A stretch of 64,000 bases of DNA, from the NCBI GenBank assembly GCA_937625935.1, contig OW569371.1, positions 415,055 through 479,054 on the forward strand, written 5' to 3'. Below, piece by piece: positions 18,642-30,800 of this stretch. Below the pieces are notes generated by a model. It saw only the letters and a program-made list of their open reading frames with translations, was not told the origin of the DNA and searched no databases. Each line of letters begins with the position of its first letter. Within the stretch, counting starts at the first letter, position 1. Source of the DNA: Tetramitus jugosus (taxonomy: Eukaryota > Protista > Heterolobosea). Made by a program: the position numbers and the translations under genes.

Positions 18642-21600
18642 ATGAAAGAACAAAAGCAAATGTTGAATCATTTGCCATCGTCAAACCAAAAACATTTCTT
18701 CCTGCTTGTCATTCTTGTGCTCACTGTGGTGTTATGTGGCTTCCAAACTCCAAGTCAATCGGGACGACTCGTCTCTGGCGTCCTTCCCTCGTTGGGTGTC
18801 TCATGGATCGAAGCATTGAGTTTTGCGGATGCTATAACGATCTCTGCCATGACAACTGTTCCTTCCACAAATGACATTGTAATTGTTGGAATGTTGGACA
18901 CTGGTCTTGCTGCCAATTCTTCGCTCATGCTCAAGATCAATAATCCGCAAGCTTTACCATCCAATCGAAGTTTGATAGGATATGTTTCGTTGATGGACAC
19001 GAAGGGATTCATTTCGTGGACTTATGTAGTGTACTCTACCCCATCGACTGTATCTGTTTCCAGTAATTTCATTTATGTGACGAGCTCACCGAATGGTGTA
19101 AATAGTTTTATGCATAAAATTACATTGACCGGGAACATCATATATTTCCCTTCCATCTCTGATCGACAGTACTATGCTAGTGCCATTGATCCAGTTACTC
19201 AGATCATGTATCTAGCTGGAATGAAGATGAGCGGAAGTAAAACGGCAATCCTTGTCGAATACTATCAGGATGGTTCCAAAGTAGATGAAATGTTGTCTAC
19301 CGATCAGATAGGAACTAACACCGCAAAGTATATCAGTGTATACAATGGAAGTGCTATTATTGGAGGTACAACCAGTGCCGGTGTAGACTTTGTCTCGCAG
19401 GCTATCAGTGGTCCTACTTCTTTTGCAATAGTGTTTGATACTATCACGAAGCTTCCTCCCTCTACTGCCTACTATGCTGGCGATCTGGGAGCAAAGGCAC
19501 CCTTGGTTGTCACAACACATGATGATCGACGATTCGCTGCTTTAGCTGATGGAACTCTGCTTTATTCAAGTATTATTCCCCCTGTCAGTTTTATTGCTGC
19601 TCAAGGTGGGTCCACAGTGGAGATTCACGGATTCGAAAGCCATGACCCAACATCTGATGTTTTTGTAATTACAGGACAGATTACTGGCTCAGCAATTTTG
19701 TTCAGCGGACTCCTCACAATCTCGTCAAGGCAATCTGATGTTGCCAATGGATTTGTGTGTGTATTCACATACCCTAGTAGTATATCTGTTGCTTGTTCTG
19801 TTTTTGGCGGATTGAGCGGAGCTGATTATGGAAAAGCGGTTACTGTGGATTCTAGTGGGCACATTATAGTGGCAAGTCCCACAAATTCGGTGAATAAGAA
19901 GTGGGGTCACATTAATCTCCCGGATGCGCATGAAAATCTGATTGCGAAACTTGGCGAATATTCCCTTGATCCAACAGTCATTCTTTCACTTGATATTATT
20001 GTTGATACACAACTTTATGCTGGTATCACTTACCTCATTACCAAACCAATCACTGCAACAGCAGATATTACTGTCTCTCCTGGAGCTGTGATTGTGTTTA
20101 GTGGCAACTCAAGTCTGGCACTTGTGGGCTCTCAGATTGCAATGTTGGGCACTACTGCTTCGAACATTCAAATTCAATCTTTAGTTGATAACGCCCAAAC
20201 TCTCATTATTTCTGACTCACAATCAACTGTGGTCATGGATCATGTTGTTGTCTCTGGACAGGGAGTGTCTCTATTGGGTGCATCCGGAGGATCAATTACC
20301 ATCACCAACTCTCGGGTTGATGATGCTGCTAGCAAATGTATTCAAATGAATGCTCCAGAGAATGTTCAGCTCGTAGGAAACACTATTACATCAAATAGTT
20401 CTTCAGTAGACCCAATTGTATCCATCACGAGATTCACTGGCCCCACAGTACTTTCAGTCACTGGAAACGCATTTTATGCAAACAATAATCACATATCTCT
20501 GTTGGACATCGATGCCACAACTAGCACCAACAGATCAATTACCATTTACAATAATTCATTGAATGGAGGAGCGAAAGGAATCACAATAAGCGCACAATAT
20601 CAGAGTTTAACTCTCTCATATAACGACTTCATTGGTATTGGGGCTCCATTAGACATGACACTAGTTAACAGTGCCGGATCAATAGCTTCAACTGCAACCA
20701 TAGAGTCGAATGAATTTATCAAGTGTCGTTCACCAACTACGGTAACTAAAATGAGTGATGGCAAGTTTTTGTTCCGAAACAACAGTTTCAGGAACAATTC
20801 TGGCGATTGTATTCTTTCGTTTACGAATTCCTATTTTTGTTCAGGCCCTATAACGTTCGATCGAAATACATTCTCTTACAATGAAATATCAAAGCAAGTA
20901 GTCTCCCTCCAAGTTCCAGACTACTGTTCGCTGGTTGATTTTTCAAACAATCTCATCACCACGAATACGCTTCTATCAACCTTTCAGAATCTTGTGAGCA
21001 TCAAAGGAACTGTAAAGGTGAATTATAATCGATTCCAGTCCTCGACCAAGAGAAGTATTGTCAATCTTGGGCAACAGATTTTGAATGTTCAATACAATTA
21101 TTGGGAGAGTCTTGATCCATATCAAGTGAGAAGAGCTTCTGGAAATCCATCATCCACCTTGAGGAATGTGTCGACTTTGTATACTCCATATATTAATGAA
21201 AATGGGGTCGTTTATGAACATGATCTCTTCAGCAGTGCTGAAAAGGCTAATTTTGTCGATTGCCTGAGTGTGAGAAACATTTGGCCTGAAGCACCCTCTG
21301 GTGTTTACAGAATCAATCCATATTGTGAGTCTATGTTAGTTCGCTGTCGAATGACCCCGTCAACGACCTCGATTGTAATGCAAAGGAGACAATATGGTGA
21401 TGTTAGTTTTAATGTGGACTACTCTACTTACGAAAATGGATTTGGAAACTTGGTTGGTGATTTCTTTTTGGGATTGAAAAAAATTTATCTTTTGACGAGA
21501 GCTGCAGACGTCCACAATGTGATTTACTGGACTCCTGCTTTTACTGCTATGACCCCCCAGGGACTTATATCAATTGGATCAGCAGAGACTTACTATGCTC

Positions 21601-24600
21601 TGACCGCTTCCCTAGACGCTATTAGCTACACTAATATCCCTTTTGGTACTGTAGATCGCTACTCAGATGTTCAAACATCCGCATGTGCCTCTCAACAATT
21701 ATCTGGATGGTGGTTTGGAAATTGTACGAGTCCTTCTTCTTGGAATTTGAATGCTCCTTTGTCTGAGAGTTATAGTGGCATTTATTTTCAATCGACGACA
21801 GATATTCGTATCAATGAATGGATATTATTTTCAGCGGATCAATATAGAAATTACATGGTTTGCTTGCCTGGTGTCACATGCTTTAGTAAGAATCAAAGTA
21901 ACCCCTCCGTTTGTTCTGGGAATGGGTTTTGTACAGGAATGGACACTTGTGCTTGTAAGAACGGATGGATAGGACTAGAGTGCGACAAGAATATTACAAT
22001 TGATGCTTCAATCGTTGGGCCAAACCAATATTGTGACAACGCTATTATCACTACCGTAGTTACCGGTGCAGACGACAAACTCACATTTAAATGGTCAGTG
22101 GATTATAACAATGACATGTTAGAAGGTGTGGATGCTTATCTGGCCACACAAACAGGTGCTACACTTATATTGCCAGGAAAGTTCATCGGGACAGGTTTTA
22201 ATTTTTTGAAGGTGGAAGTGTTTTACCAGTCGAAGAAAGCAGGGGAATCGCTACAAGTAGTTAGTATGCCATATCCCGTACTTAACTCATCTCATATCTA
22301 TATTGAAGATTCCAACATTGTTGCTCGAAAGTACGAAACCTACTCTTTGACTCTTCGACTCATAAATTTGCCCAGTTGTATTGATTATGCAGTCAAAAAA
22401 TGGCAATTCGATGGAAAATTTTACTCAACGCTGCAAAATTCTCTCATGGTCGATTTTGTTCCTACGGAATCGAAAACAATTAACATTTCATTATCGCTTC
22501 TGAGTCAACTCATGACGACGAGTATTAATACGACAGTTCTCCCTGCTCTACCTGTAGCAAGAATATCTGGTGGAAATAGAATGCTTTATTCCTTCCACGA
22601 TAATATTATCGATGCATCTCAGAGTTATGATCGAGATGTCAGTTCTAACGCCACAGCTCGATACATTTGGAGTTGTGTTGGCTGTCATAACTTTGTCATA
22701 TCAAATAGTTCAAAGGTAATACTGAACGAAGATGTGGGTGTGTATCTCGTTCGTGTTACTTTTATTTCCAATGTGCTCTATCCTGCTCGTAATGCAAGTA
22801 CCCAGGTCACCCTTACTTTGGTTGATGATGCTTCAGATATGCCTCTCCCACAAATATCAACGCCACTGCCCGATGTACTCGACATCAGAAAGAAATTGCG
22901 TATTGAATCAACAGTCATGAAGAATAGACCAAATGATTTGTTAGAATATGAATGGACTGTGCTAAGGAAAGAAGTGAACGAAAAAACTGTGATCTACGGT
23001 AGCGCTTATAATGTTGTTCCCCTTGCGTTGGCAGAGAATTTCCTTCAACCCAATAGTACTTATGCGTTTTCATTGCGAGTCAAGTATCGAAACTTTACAA
23101 ACTTTGGAGAAGTATCTGTCACTGGAAAAACAGCTTCAGCACCAATTATTCAAGCAAAATCATGCTCGCCATGTAATGGAACAGCCCTTACTACCCAATT
23201 TCAATTCATGATGCGCGCCACCGATTTGGTTGAATATTATCCTTTGCAATATTCATTCTCCTACTATGACATGACGAACAACAGATATATTCCTTTGCAA
23301 ACATCTTATATCCCCAATGTCCAAACACTATTACCATACATGAACTCTGGTTTCATTGCTGTACAAGGAGTGGTGACAAACTTCTTTGGAGTTGAATCAA
23401 AAACACAATTCAACATCAGCATATCAGAAAGCAAAAATACTTCAGAGACACTGAATGGGCTGATTTCAGGGCTGAATGACGAATCAAGTTACAACATACT
23501 CACTGTGGTCACTGGCTCACTAAAAGCAGTTGTAAGGAAGAATGATTCAAATCCAATCGTAGATACTGTTCTCTCTTTTATGTCCAATAAGTTAGACAGG
23601 GAAACTCGTAATACGTCTCTCATTGAGAGCACTATGGCCATTAATGCTTTGGCAATTGAAACTATCACTGAATTGTCAGTTGATACCTCTACATTGAACG
23701 TCACAAACAGTTGTCATTCACTTGTGAACAAAATCATTGACATGTGCTCTGAAGGAAATCTTGAATTGAGAGATTCAACAACAAATTCATTGGCTAGATC
23801 TGTTTCTAATTTAATGTTGAGATATCAATCCTATGAATCCGATTCTGTTAATCAAATGGTACCTTCAATCTCCAAGATATCTTCGATGATTGCCCAGTTT
23901 AAGTTGATTTCTGAAAATCAAACCAATATCATTACAGATACCTATCAATTATCTGTTAAGAAAGAAAATGGAGACACTATTGGCGGCGCGTCAGTTTACA
24001 CAGGCGATGTGCAAGTTTCAATTCCAAGAAATATCTCTTTACTATCTCCTGAGCAAGACTATGTAGTCCAATCCATTAGTTTCAATCAAACCTACAATCC
24101 ATATCTGATGACAAGCCAAAACTTTAGTACTCCCGTTGTAGATTTTGAAATTAGACAGGGAGATAGCAAGGTCAAGTTATCAGACATGGAATATCCCTTG
24201 GCAATTGTGTTGAACAAAGAAGTCGAGAAAGAGAATTCATCCTTTAGATTTGAGTGCAGATACATGGATGAGACCACGAACTCCTCCTGGTATACAGACG
24301 GTTGTTGGTTGCACAACGAAGGAGAGAGTAGTGTCACTTGTTATTGTACCCACACAACAAGTTTTAGTGCTATGATCATTTATGATCCTAAAGCTCCTAA
24401 TAAGGCTTCAGATGGTCTCTACATCACCAGCATCATTATTAACTCATTCTTTGCACTGATTAGTATTTTCTTGTTGGTGATGGTGTTTGTTTGGAGAAGA
24501 AAGCAACCAATCAAATCTCGCTTCCTTGCTCCTTATATTGGATTGGGAGCCATTATTGTGGAGTGCGTCTTGAATGGAATCATCAGAAATTCACTGCTTA

Positions 24601-25868
24601 TTGCTGCCAACAATGCTCGAGATTACAAGGGAATCAACAGTATTGCCTATCTGATTCTCACAATTGTTAACCCAATTGTACTGCTATCTCTCTTTATTTA
24701 CTTCTGGCAGATGTTGCGTTACTTCTTCTTGAAGAATTTGTATGCTATCATGAATATTGAGAAACGCAATTTGAAGAAGATTCGTTTCTTGAAAATGCTC
24801 TCATCCAAACTTGTATATATAGGACTTGGATCATTGGTACTCGCAGCTTCCTGCTCCTACTTTGTGATCGTATCGATATTGGAGGCGACAAATGTCATCA
24901 AACCAAATGCAGCATCTGCTTTCAATGCCCTCTCCTTCTCCATCATGTCACTATTTCTAGGAGCCTTGATTGTAGCTACATTTATCTGGGATTGCACCAT
25001 TATTCTGAGTCGAAAGCTATTGAAACGAGAAATGAAGAAGACAGATGAGGGTAATGCTGATCTCGAATATCTGAACAGAATTTTCTCAACATTGGTGAAC
25101 CATTTCCGATCTGACGATCCATTAATGTTCCGAATTGAATCCATGTTTATGGTTTCTGCCATGATTGTTATGACCATCTCGTATATTGTTGGTATTTCTG
25201 ATCGATATAACTCCAAAGCATCCCCTAACTCTGCAGCAAAGATTATCGAATTTTTGTTCGATATCCTGTATCTCTCGTTGCGAATCATGGCTTTTGGAGG
25301 CTTGTCAACTCTTGTCCGCTTTATTCAACGTTTCAAACTGCACAGAGAACATGAAGACTATGAAACACTGAAACAATATATGAGTGATTTGAAGAGTGGA
25401 ACAAGCTCTGTAGAATCACAATTACAGAACATGTTGAGAGATGAATATGGCTACTTGGCAATATCGACCTATGCCAAGAAGGAATTTGCTCTGGAGAACA
25501 TTATCCTATGGAAACGATTGGAAGAAGTGAGAGCAGACAATATCACAGCCTCTGTTGAAAGTCGAAGACAATATTTACAAGAATTGCATGATGACTGCCT
25601 TGCACGTGGAAGTCCTTTTGAGTGCAACTTGCCCAACAAAATCAAGAAGCATTATCGTGTCGTCATGGAGCAAACAGACGTGTCAGCTGCCGAAGCTGAA
25701 GAACTTTTCTTGAACGTGTCAAACGAATTACTAGTCAACATTTGTGACACTTTCACAAGATTCTCAGTTTCACCAGAGTATGCTCACTATAAGAAAGTCA
25801 CCTCAATGGCCAAGGAGCTCCGAACTGTTGGTCATCTTCAAGTAACCACAGAATCCAAAGCACAGTAA
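18642..25868 (+). CDS. 2408-aa adhesion-type 7TM-RGS receptor (propeller-like, beta-helix, fibrinogen-C, EGF, PKD/REJ, GAIN/GPS, 7TM, RGS)
   Basis: Fibrinogen motifs SGVYRINP, QRRQYGDVSF, YENGFGNLVGDFFLGL, GWWFGNC. EGF CSGNGFCTGMDTCACKNGWIGLEC. REJ ARISGG...DASQSYD. GPS CRYMD...WYTDGC...CYCTHTTSF. About seven hydrophobic helices. RGS YAKKEFALENIILW...DTFTRF. Confidence 0.9.
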   Translation: MKEQKQMLNHLPSSNQKHFFLLVILVLTVVLCGFQTPSQSGRLVSGVLPSLGVSWIEALSFADAITISAMTTVPSTNDIVIVGMLDTGLAANSSLMLKINNPQALPSNRSLIGYVSLMDTKGFISWTYVVYSTPSTVSVSSNFIYVTSSPNGVNSFMHKITLTGNIIYFPSISDRQYYASAIDPVTQIMYLAGMKMSGSKTAILVEYYQDGSKVDEMLSTDQIGTNTAKYISVYNGSAIIGGTTSAGVDFVSQAISGPTSFAIVFDTITKLPPSTAYYAGDLGAKAPLVVTTHDDRRFAALADGTLLYSSIIPPVSFIAAQGGSTVEIHGFESHDPTSDVFVITGQITGSAILFSGLLTISSRQSDVANGFVCVFTYPSSISVACSVFGGLSGADYGKAVTVDSSGHIIVASPTNSVNKKWGHINLPDAHENLIAKLGEYSLDPTVILSLDIIVDTQLYAGITYLITKPITATADITVSPGAVIVFSGNSSLALVGSQIAMLGTTASNIQIQSLVDNAQTLIISDSQSTVVMDHVVVSGQGVSLLGASGGSITITNSRVDDAASKCIQMNAPENVQLVGNTITSNSSSVDPIVSITRFTGPTVLSVTGNAFYANNNHISLLDIDATTSTNRSITIYNNSLNGGAKGITISAQYQSLTLSYNDFIGIGAPLDMTLVNSAGSIASTATIESNEFIKCRSPTTVTKMSDGKFLFRNNSFRNNSGDCILSFTNSYFCSGPITFDRNTFSYNEISKQVVSLQVPDYCSLVDFSNNLITTNTLLSTFQNLVSIKGTVKVNYNRFQSSTKRSIVNLGQQILNVQYNYWESLDPYQVRRASGNPSSTLRNVSTLYTPYINENGVVYEHDLFSSAEKANFVDCLSVRNIWPEAPSGVYRINPYCESMLVRCRMTPSTTSIVMQRRQYGDVSFNVDYSTYENGFGNLVGDFFLGLKKIYLLTRAADVHNVIYWTPAFTAMTPQGLISIGSAETYYALTASLDAISYTNIPFGTVDRYSDVQTSACASQQLSGWWFGNCTSPSSWNLNAPLSESYSGIYFQSTTDIRINEWILFSADQYRNYMVCLPGVTCFSKNQSNPSVCSGNGFCTGMDTCACKNGWIGLECDKNITIDASIVGPNQYCDNAIITTVVTGADDKLTFKWSVDYNNDMLEGVDAYLATQTGATLILPGKFIGTGFNFLKVEVFYQSKKAGESLQVVSMPYPVLNSSHIYIEDSNIVARKYETYSLTLRLINLPSCIDYAVKKWQFDGKFYSTLQNSLMVDFVPTESKTINISLSLLSQLMTTSINTTVLPALPVARISGGNRMLYSFHDNIIDASQSYDRDVSSNATARYIWSCVGCHNFVISNSSKVILNEDVGVYLVRVTFISNVLYPARNASTQVTLTLVDDASDMPLPQISTPLPDVLDIRKKLRIESTVMKNRPNDLLEYEWTVLRKEVNEKTVIYGSAYNVVPLALAENFLQPNSTYAFSLRVKYRNFTNFGEVSVTGKTASAPIIQAKSCSPCNGTALTTQFQFMMRATDLVEYYPLQYSFSYYDMTNNRYIPLQTSYIPNVQTLLPYMNSGFIAVQGVVTNFFGVESKTQFNISISESKNTSETLNGLISGLNDESSYNILTVVTGSLKAVVRKNDSNPIVDTVLSFMSNKLDRETRNTSLIESTMAINALAIETITELSVDTSTLNVTNSCHSLVNKIIDMCSEGNLELRDSTTNSLARSVSNLMLRYQSYESDSVNQMVPSISKISSMIAQFKLISENQTNIITDTYQLSVKKENGDTIGGASVYTGDVQVSIPRNISLLSPEQDYVVQSISFNQTYNPYLMTSQNFSTPVVDFEIRQGDSKVKLSDMEYPLAIVLNKEVEKENSSFRFECRYMDETTNSSWYTDGCWLHNEGESSVTCYCTHTTSFSAMIIYDPKAPNKASDGLYITSIIINSFFALISIFLLVMVFVWRRKQPIKSRFLAPYIGLGAIIVECVLNGIIRNSLLIAANNARDYKGINSIAYLILTIVNPIVLLSLFIYFWQMLRYFFLKNLYAIMNIEKRNLKKIRFLKMLSSKLVYIGLGSLVLAASCSYFVIVSILEATNVIKPNAASAFNALSFSIMSLFLGALIVATFIWDCTIILSRKLLKREMKKTDEGNADLEYLNRIFSTLVNHFRSDDPLMFRIESMFMVSAMIVMTISYIVGISDRYNSKASPNSAAKIIEFLFDILYLSLRIMAFGGLSTLVRFIQRFKLHREHEDYETLKQYMSDLKSGTSSVESQLQNMLRDEYGYLAISTYAKKEFALENIILWKRLEEVRADNITASVESRRQYLQELHDDCLARGSPFECNLPNKIKKHYRVVMEQTDVSAAEAEELFLNVSNELLVNICDTFTRFSVSPEYAHYKKVTSMAKELRTVGHLQVTTESKAQ

Positions 25869-25887
25869 AATGAGGAATTACATCTTT

Positions 25888-27114
25888 TTATTGCCAAAAC
25901 ATTCGTTTGGCAGCAAACACAAAACAACCAACACTTAAACCACTCAGACCAAAACATGCAGCTCCACTGAGCAATCGATCGGACCACAATTCATGGATCA
26001 ATGTCCACTCGGTCACATAATTTGAAAGCTCTCCAATTCGATCCAACTCATACCGATTCAATTCACTGTTGAACCTGACTCTTCCATAAACAAACACCCG
26101 AGTATTTGTCGGTATCACTTGACGCAAAATGTTATAAAATACTTGTTTTTCAACAATGAATCCTTCATGTTCAGCCACTGTGCTACTCTCATTCACCAAT
26201 GCTTCTTCTTCCTCCTCTTCATCGCTCTCTCTTTTGTAATGATCATCATCGATGGCATCGCCATCTTCGACATCATCACTGCAGCCAAGTCCATGAATCT
26301 CTGTCAACGTATGGCAGTGCAATCCGCCACTTCTCAATTGATCCTCACCATTCTTCAAATGCCTTGTTACGATGGATTGTTCAGTGAATAGAGGATCACT
26401 CTGCAGTGTATCATCACTCAACACATGCATTCTCAACCGAGTATTGTACAGCAAGTTGATTGGATCATTGATATGGATACAACATGACTGCTGTTGAGGT
26501 ACTTGTTGTGATGGAAGAGCCTCATGATTGGATATTGTTGACTGGTGTTTGTCACACAATATCAAGTCACCATGAATCACATATTCGTACTGCTCGTCTT
26601 GCGACTCTCTCTTGGTCACAGTCTGTAGCTGAGCTTGTGCTTGAGCAAGAAGCAGTTGCTCCGTAGCCAAGGAATTGGCGGGAGTTGTTTCCGTCGGAGC
26701 GGGAGAAATTTTGGTAAACTTTACCTGTTCGCCGTGGAGATGGAAAAGAGCCGCTTTTTCCACATTTTCTTCATCGCCATGATCGACGTCATCATCGTAC
26801 TGACCCGTGTCGTCATTGCTGCTGGTGCTGCTCAGAAGGGAAGGAGGCAATTTTTTGATGACTAACATGGGTTCATCACGTGTGTTGATGAACGCTCTGA
26901 GCTTACACATTTGCTCAGTAATGTCCCTTGTTTGCATATCATGAATCAATTGATCAACTGATTGATAGCGAGTTGCACTCTGAAACTCATTTAATTTGGT
27001 GCGATCATCACTATTGTTGTGATAGATGGCATAAGCTAACACTGATGAACCAATGGCACCTGTTACGAGAGCCACATTGATCAGTTTTTGGCGCCATGTA
27101 CGAAGACTACTCAT
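25888..27114 (-). CDS. Two-TM membrane protein, GIDE/MUL1-like ectodomain without a RING
   Basis: N- and C-terminal TM helices. RQVIPTNTRVFVYGRV resembles the GIDE E-R-x-L-P-x-G-T-x-L-T-V-x-G strand. Family call is tentative. Confidence 0.55.
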   Translation of the reverse strand: MSSLRTWRQKLINVALVTGAIGSSVLAYAIYHNNSDDRTKLNEFQSATRYQSVDQLIHDMQTRDITEQMCKLRAFINTRDEPMLVIKKLPPSLLSSTSSNDDTGQYDDDVDHGDEENVEKAALFHLHGEQVKFTKISPAPTETTPANSLATEQLLLAQAQAQLQTVTKRESQDEQYEYVIHGDLILCDKHQSTISNHEALPSQQVPQQQSCCIHINDPINLLYNTRLRMHVLSDDTLQSDPLFTEQSIVTRHLKNGEDQLRSGGLHCHTLTEIHGLGCSDDVEDGDAIDDDHYKRESDEEEEEEALVNESSTVAEHEGFIVEKQVFYNILRQVIPTNTRVFVYGRVRFNSELNRYELDRIGELSNYVTEWTLIHELWSDRLLSGAACFGLSGLSVGCFVFAAKRMFWQ

Positions 27115-27866
27115 GTAAAGCTGGCGTTGTTTCTTGCTTCGTTTTACTCCGCAGGTAATACCGCCGTACTATTCGCGGACACGTTGGCAACATTCAGATT
27201 CGCCTACAACTCGTCCCTTTTTGGAGTCCCAAGCGCATGACCCGCATTTCCCGTTTCTCCAAGGGGAACCGTTTGCCGCTCCTCGAGACATTGCAGCACG
27301 ACCTCTTAGATTTCACTTCTGAATTTCAAAGGCCTCCCTCCCTCGAAATGACGTCATGCTTATGTGTCTGTGTGAAGAGAGCGGTGTGAATTCTTGAACG
27401 TTCAACGAGATCTGGCTATGCGTATGCTCTGAAAGTGGAAACTCGATCGATTCTTCGCCTCCAGAACCTTTTCTTCGTCATCATGATGTGACGCAACGTG
27501 GCCCCGATAAGCTTTGCTGTCCATTTCACAGATCCGGCTGGAATTGAGTGCTATCTGGTATCTTGTCCGCACGTTGCTGCCGCCTCTCACGCTGTGTGTG
27601 CCCTTTATGAGCCTATGGATTCACAAGGTGCCAACAAAACGAACAACAACAACCTTTCTGAAAACCAAAGCATAACAACCTCTCTCTCCCAACACAATAC
27701 ATACTTGTGATAGATAGAACACATTGTCCACTGCCAAACACACTGACGTGCTCTACTCAATAACACCTCTAAGCTTTCAAGTATATCAGAAGAACAAACT
27801 TGCTTAACAACTAACCAACAACTACCTAATCTAATTCAACAACATACAACAAATAACATTATCATC

Positions 27867-30800
27867 ATGACTATTACTGAAGCTAAAAACTCCATTAACA
27901 ATATCCCAATCGCAATTGTTGGTATTGCATGTCGATTGCCAGGAGAGGCACAAGACGTTGAAAAGTTTTGGAATCTCTTAATGCACGAGAATGAGACCTG
28001 CTCTGCCATTCCAGCAGACAGATTCAACATTGAGAGATACTGCGCCAATGGCCAAGACAAATTGCATCCAATCAGTAAGACTGCTTATGGTCACTTCCTC
28101 AAGGATCCAATCGATCAATTCGATGCCGAGTTCTTTGGTATTTCAAGAAAGGAGGCTGCCTCCATGGATCCACAACACAGACTCCTCATGGAGTCCACTT
28201 ATCATGCCTTTGAAGATGCTGGTTTGCCTCTCGAAGTTGTTGCGTATGTTTTTTTTTTGAAAAACCACTTTTTTTTAACTGTTGTTCTGAATAAGCTCAA
28301 TTTGTTTACTAACAAACCAATTTCATTTGTCATTTTCAACTTGTGATAGTGGAACGAACACTGCTGTTTATGTAGGTCAAATGCAAAGTCATTACAATTC
28401 TTTGAGGACGAAGGAGCCTCTAGACACAAACAACCAATACAGTTACATGAACACCTCCAGTGCATACAGTGCTGCTCGTTTATCGTACTACTTCAATTTG
28501 ATTGGTCCATCCTTCCAATTGGATACCATGTGCTCTTCTTCTATTGTTGCCCTCCATTTGGCAGCTCAGAGCTTAAAGGTTGGAGAGTGTGATATGGCTA
28601 TTGCTGCTGGTGCCAATTTGAATTTTGATTTCCAAGATTTCGTTCGTATGTCCATTATTGGAGCTGCTGCCAAGGACGGAAGATCCAAGGCTTTCAGCGC
28701 CAATGCTGATGGTTATGCAAAGGGTGAAGGTATTGGTGTCGTTGTCTTGAAGAGACTTGATCAAGCCATTAAAGACAATGATAGAATCCATGCTGTCATT
28801 CGGGGATCTGGTGTGAACCACGACGGAAAGCGAAAGAATGGTATCACCATTACGAGTTCGATTGGTCAAAAGGACCTATTCGAGAGAGTTTACAAGGACT
28901 CCAGCATTGACCCTGCTGCTGTGACATACTTGGAGAGTCACACAACCGGTACTCTTGTTGGTGATCCTATTGAAGCCTCTGCTCTTTCCTCTTTCTTTGG
29001 AAAGGCTAGAAGAGAGGCTGGTATTGAAGGACCTGTTAGAATCGGTTCCGTCAAGGCAAACATTGGTCATACTGAAGCCATGTCTGGTATTGCTTCATTG
29101 GCCAAGGTGCTTATGATGCTGAAGCACAAACAAATTCCTCCAACACTCTTGTTTGACAAGTTGAACCCAAAGATCAACTTTGAGGAGTTGAACTTGAAGG
29201 TTGTAACTTCCCCAGAAGCTCTTCCATCCAAGTCATTGATTGGATTGAGCAGCTTCGGTATGGGTGGTACAAACGGTCACATTATTGTCGAGAGTTATGA
29301 GCGCTCTAGCGCCAGAGCAGCACCTCAAGCTGGATACTTGTTGCTCTTGTCAGCCAGAAGATCTGAAAAGGTTCTTATTGAAATTGCAAAGAACTTGAAG
29401 GAATTCGTTAATACTAGTATTGACAATGGAGCTGATCCAACTGATTTGTTCACTGATATCTGCCATACATATGCTGTGAAGCGGACACATCACGAAGTTA
29501 GAGCAGCAATTGCTTTCACTGATCTCGAAGATTTTAATGCCAAGATTGATGCTTTCGTCAACGCTGACAGAAAGGTTGGTGTACAATCTGCCACTGTTCC
29601 AGAGACTGAAGGTAACCAAAAACAAAAGATGGTCTTTGTGTTCTCTGGTCAAGGTCCACAATGGTTTGCTATGGGTCGCCACCTTCTTGCGTCTGAACCC
29701 GTCTTCCGTGCTTCTATGCATCGTATTGACAAAGAGTTGTCAAAGTACGTCGATTGGTCATTGGTTGATGAGTTGACTCAAAAGGATGATACTACCTCTA
29801 GAATCAACCAAACAGATTTTGCTCAACCTGGAATTTTTGCCATCCAAGTTTCTTTGTACGAACTATTGAAGTCATTGTCAATTGTTCCAGACATTGTTGT
29901 AGGTCACTCTGTTGGTGAAGTTGCTTCCGCATATGTTGCTGGTGCTTTGACTTTCGAGGATGCAATCCTTGTCATCTATGAGAGATCCAGACTTCAACAC
30001 AAGTGTTCATTTATCAACAAGGGTAAGATGCTTGCTGTTAACATTAGCGAAAGCGCCGCCAAGAAACTTATTGTTGGATTGGAAGATAAGGTTTCAGTTG
30101 CTGCTGTCAACAGTGCTACCTCTGTCACATTGAGTGGTGACGAAGAAGCATTGAAGCAAGTTGTAGAAATCATCAATAGCGATTCCGCTCTTTCCAAGGC
30201 CTCCAAGGTTTACTTGAGAACCAGTGCTGCATTCCACAGCGTTCACATGGACCCTATCAAGGATGAATTGCTTGAAGGATTGGCAAATATCAAGCCGCAA
30301 AAAACAACTATTCCTTTGTTCTCAACCGTTACAGGACAAAAGATCTCTGGTCTTGAGGTTGATGGAGAATACTGGTGGAACAATGTGAGAGGTGCTGTGT
30401 TGTTTGATGAGGCTATCAAGAATATTATGGATAGATACAATGCTTCATCTCCTTTGAAATATTGGATCGAATTGGCTCCTCATCCAGTGTTGAGCTCTTT
30501 CATTAAGGGTATTGTTGGTCAATACCAATCTGATGCTCAAGTGGTCCCTACACTGATCAGAAAGGAAAATGAGAATGTCTTGTTGAAGAACACTTTGGGT
30601 TCACTTTACATCTATGGTTACAAGTCCATTGATTTGAAGAGAATTTACTCTGCCGGTAAGCTCATCTCTGTTCCATCTTATCCATTCCAAAAGACCAAGT
30701 ATTGGATGGAAACATCAGAATCTTTGGAAGAAAGAACTGCAGCACCAACAAAGCAACACCCACTGCTCGGTAGCAGAGTGGTTCCTTCTCAAGGACCTCA

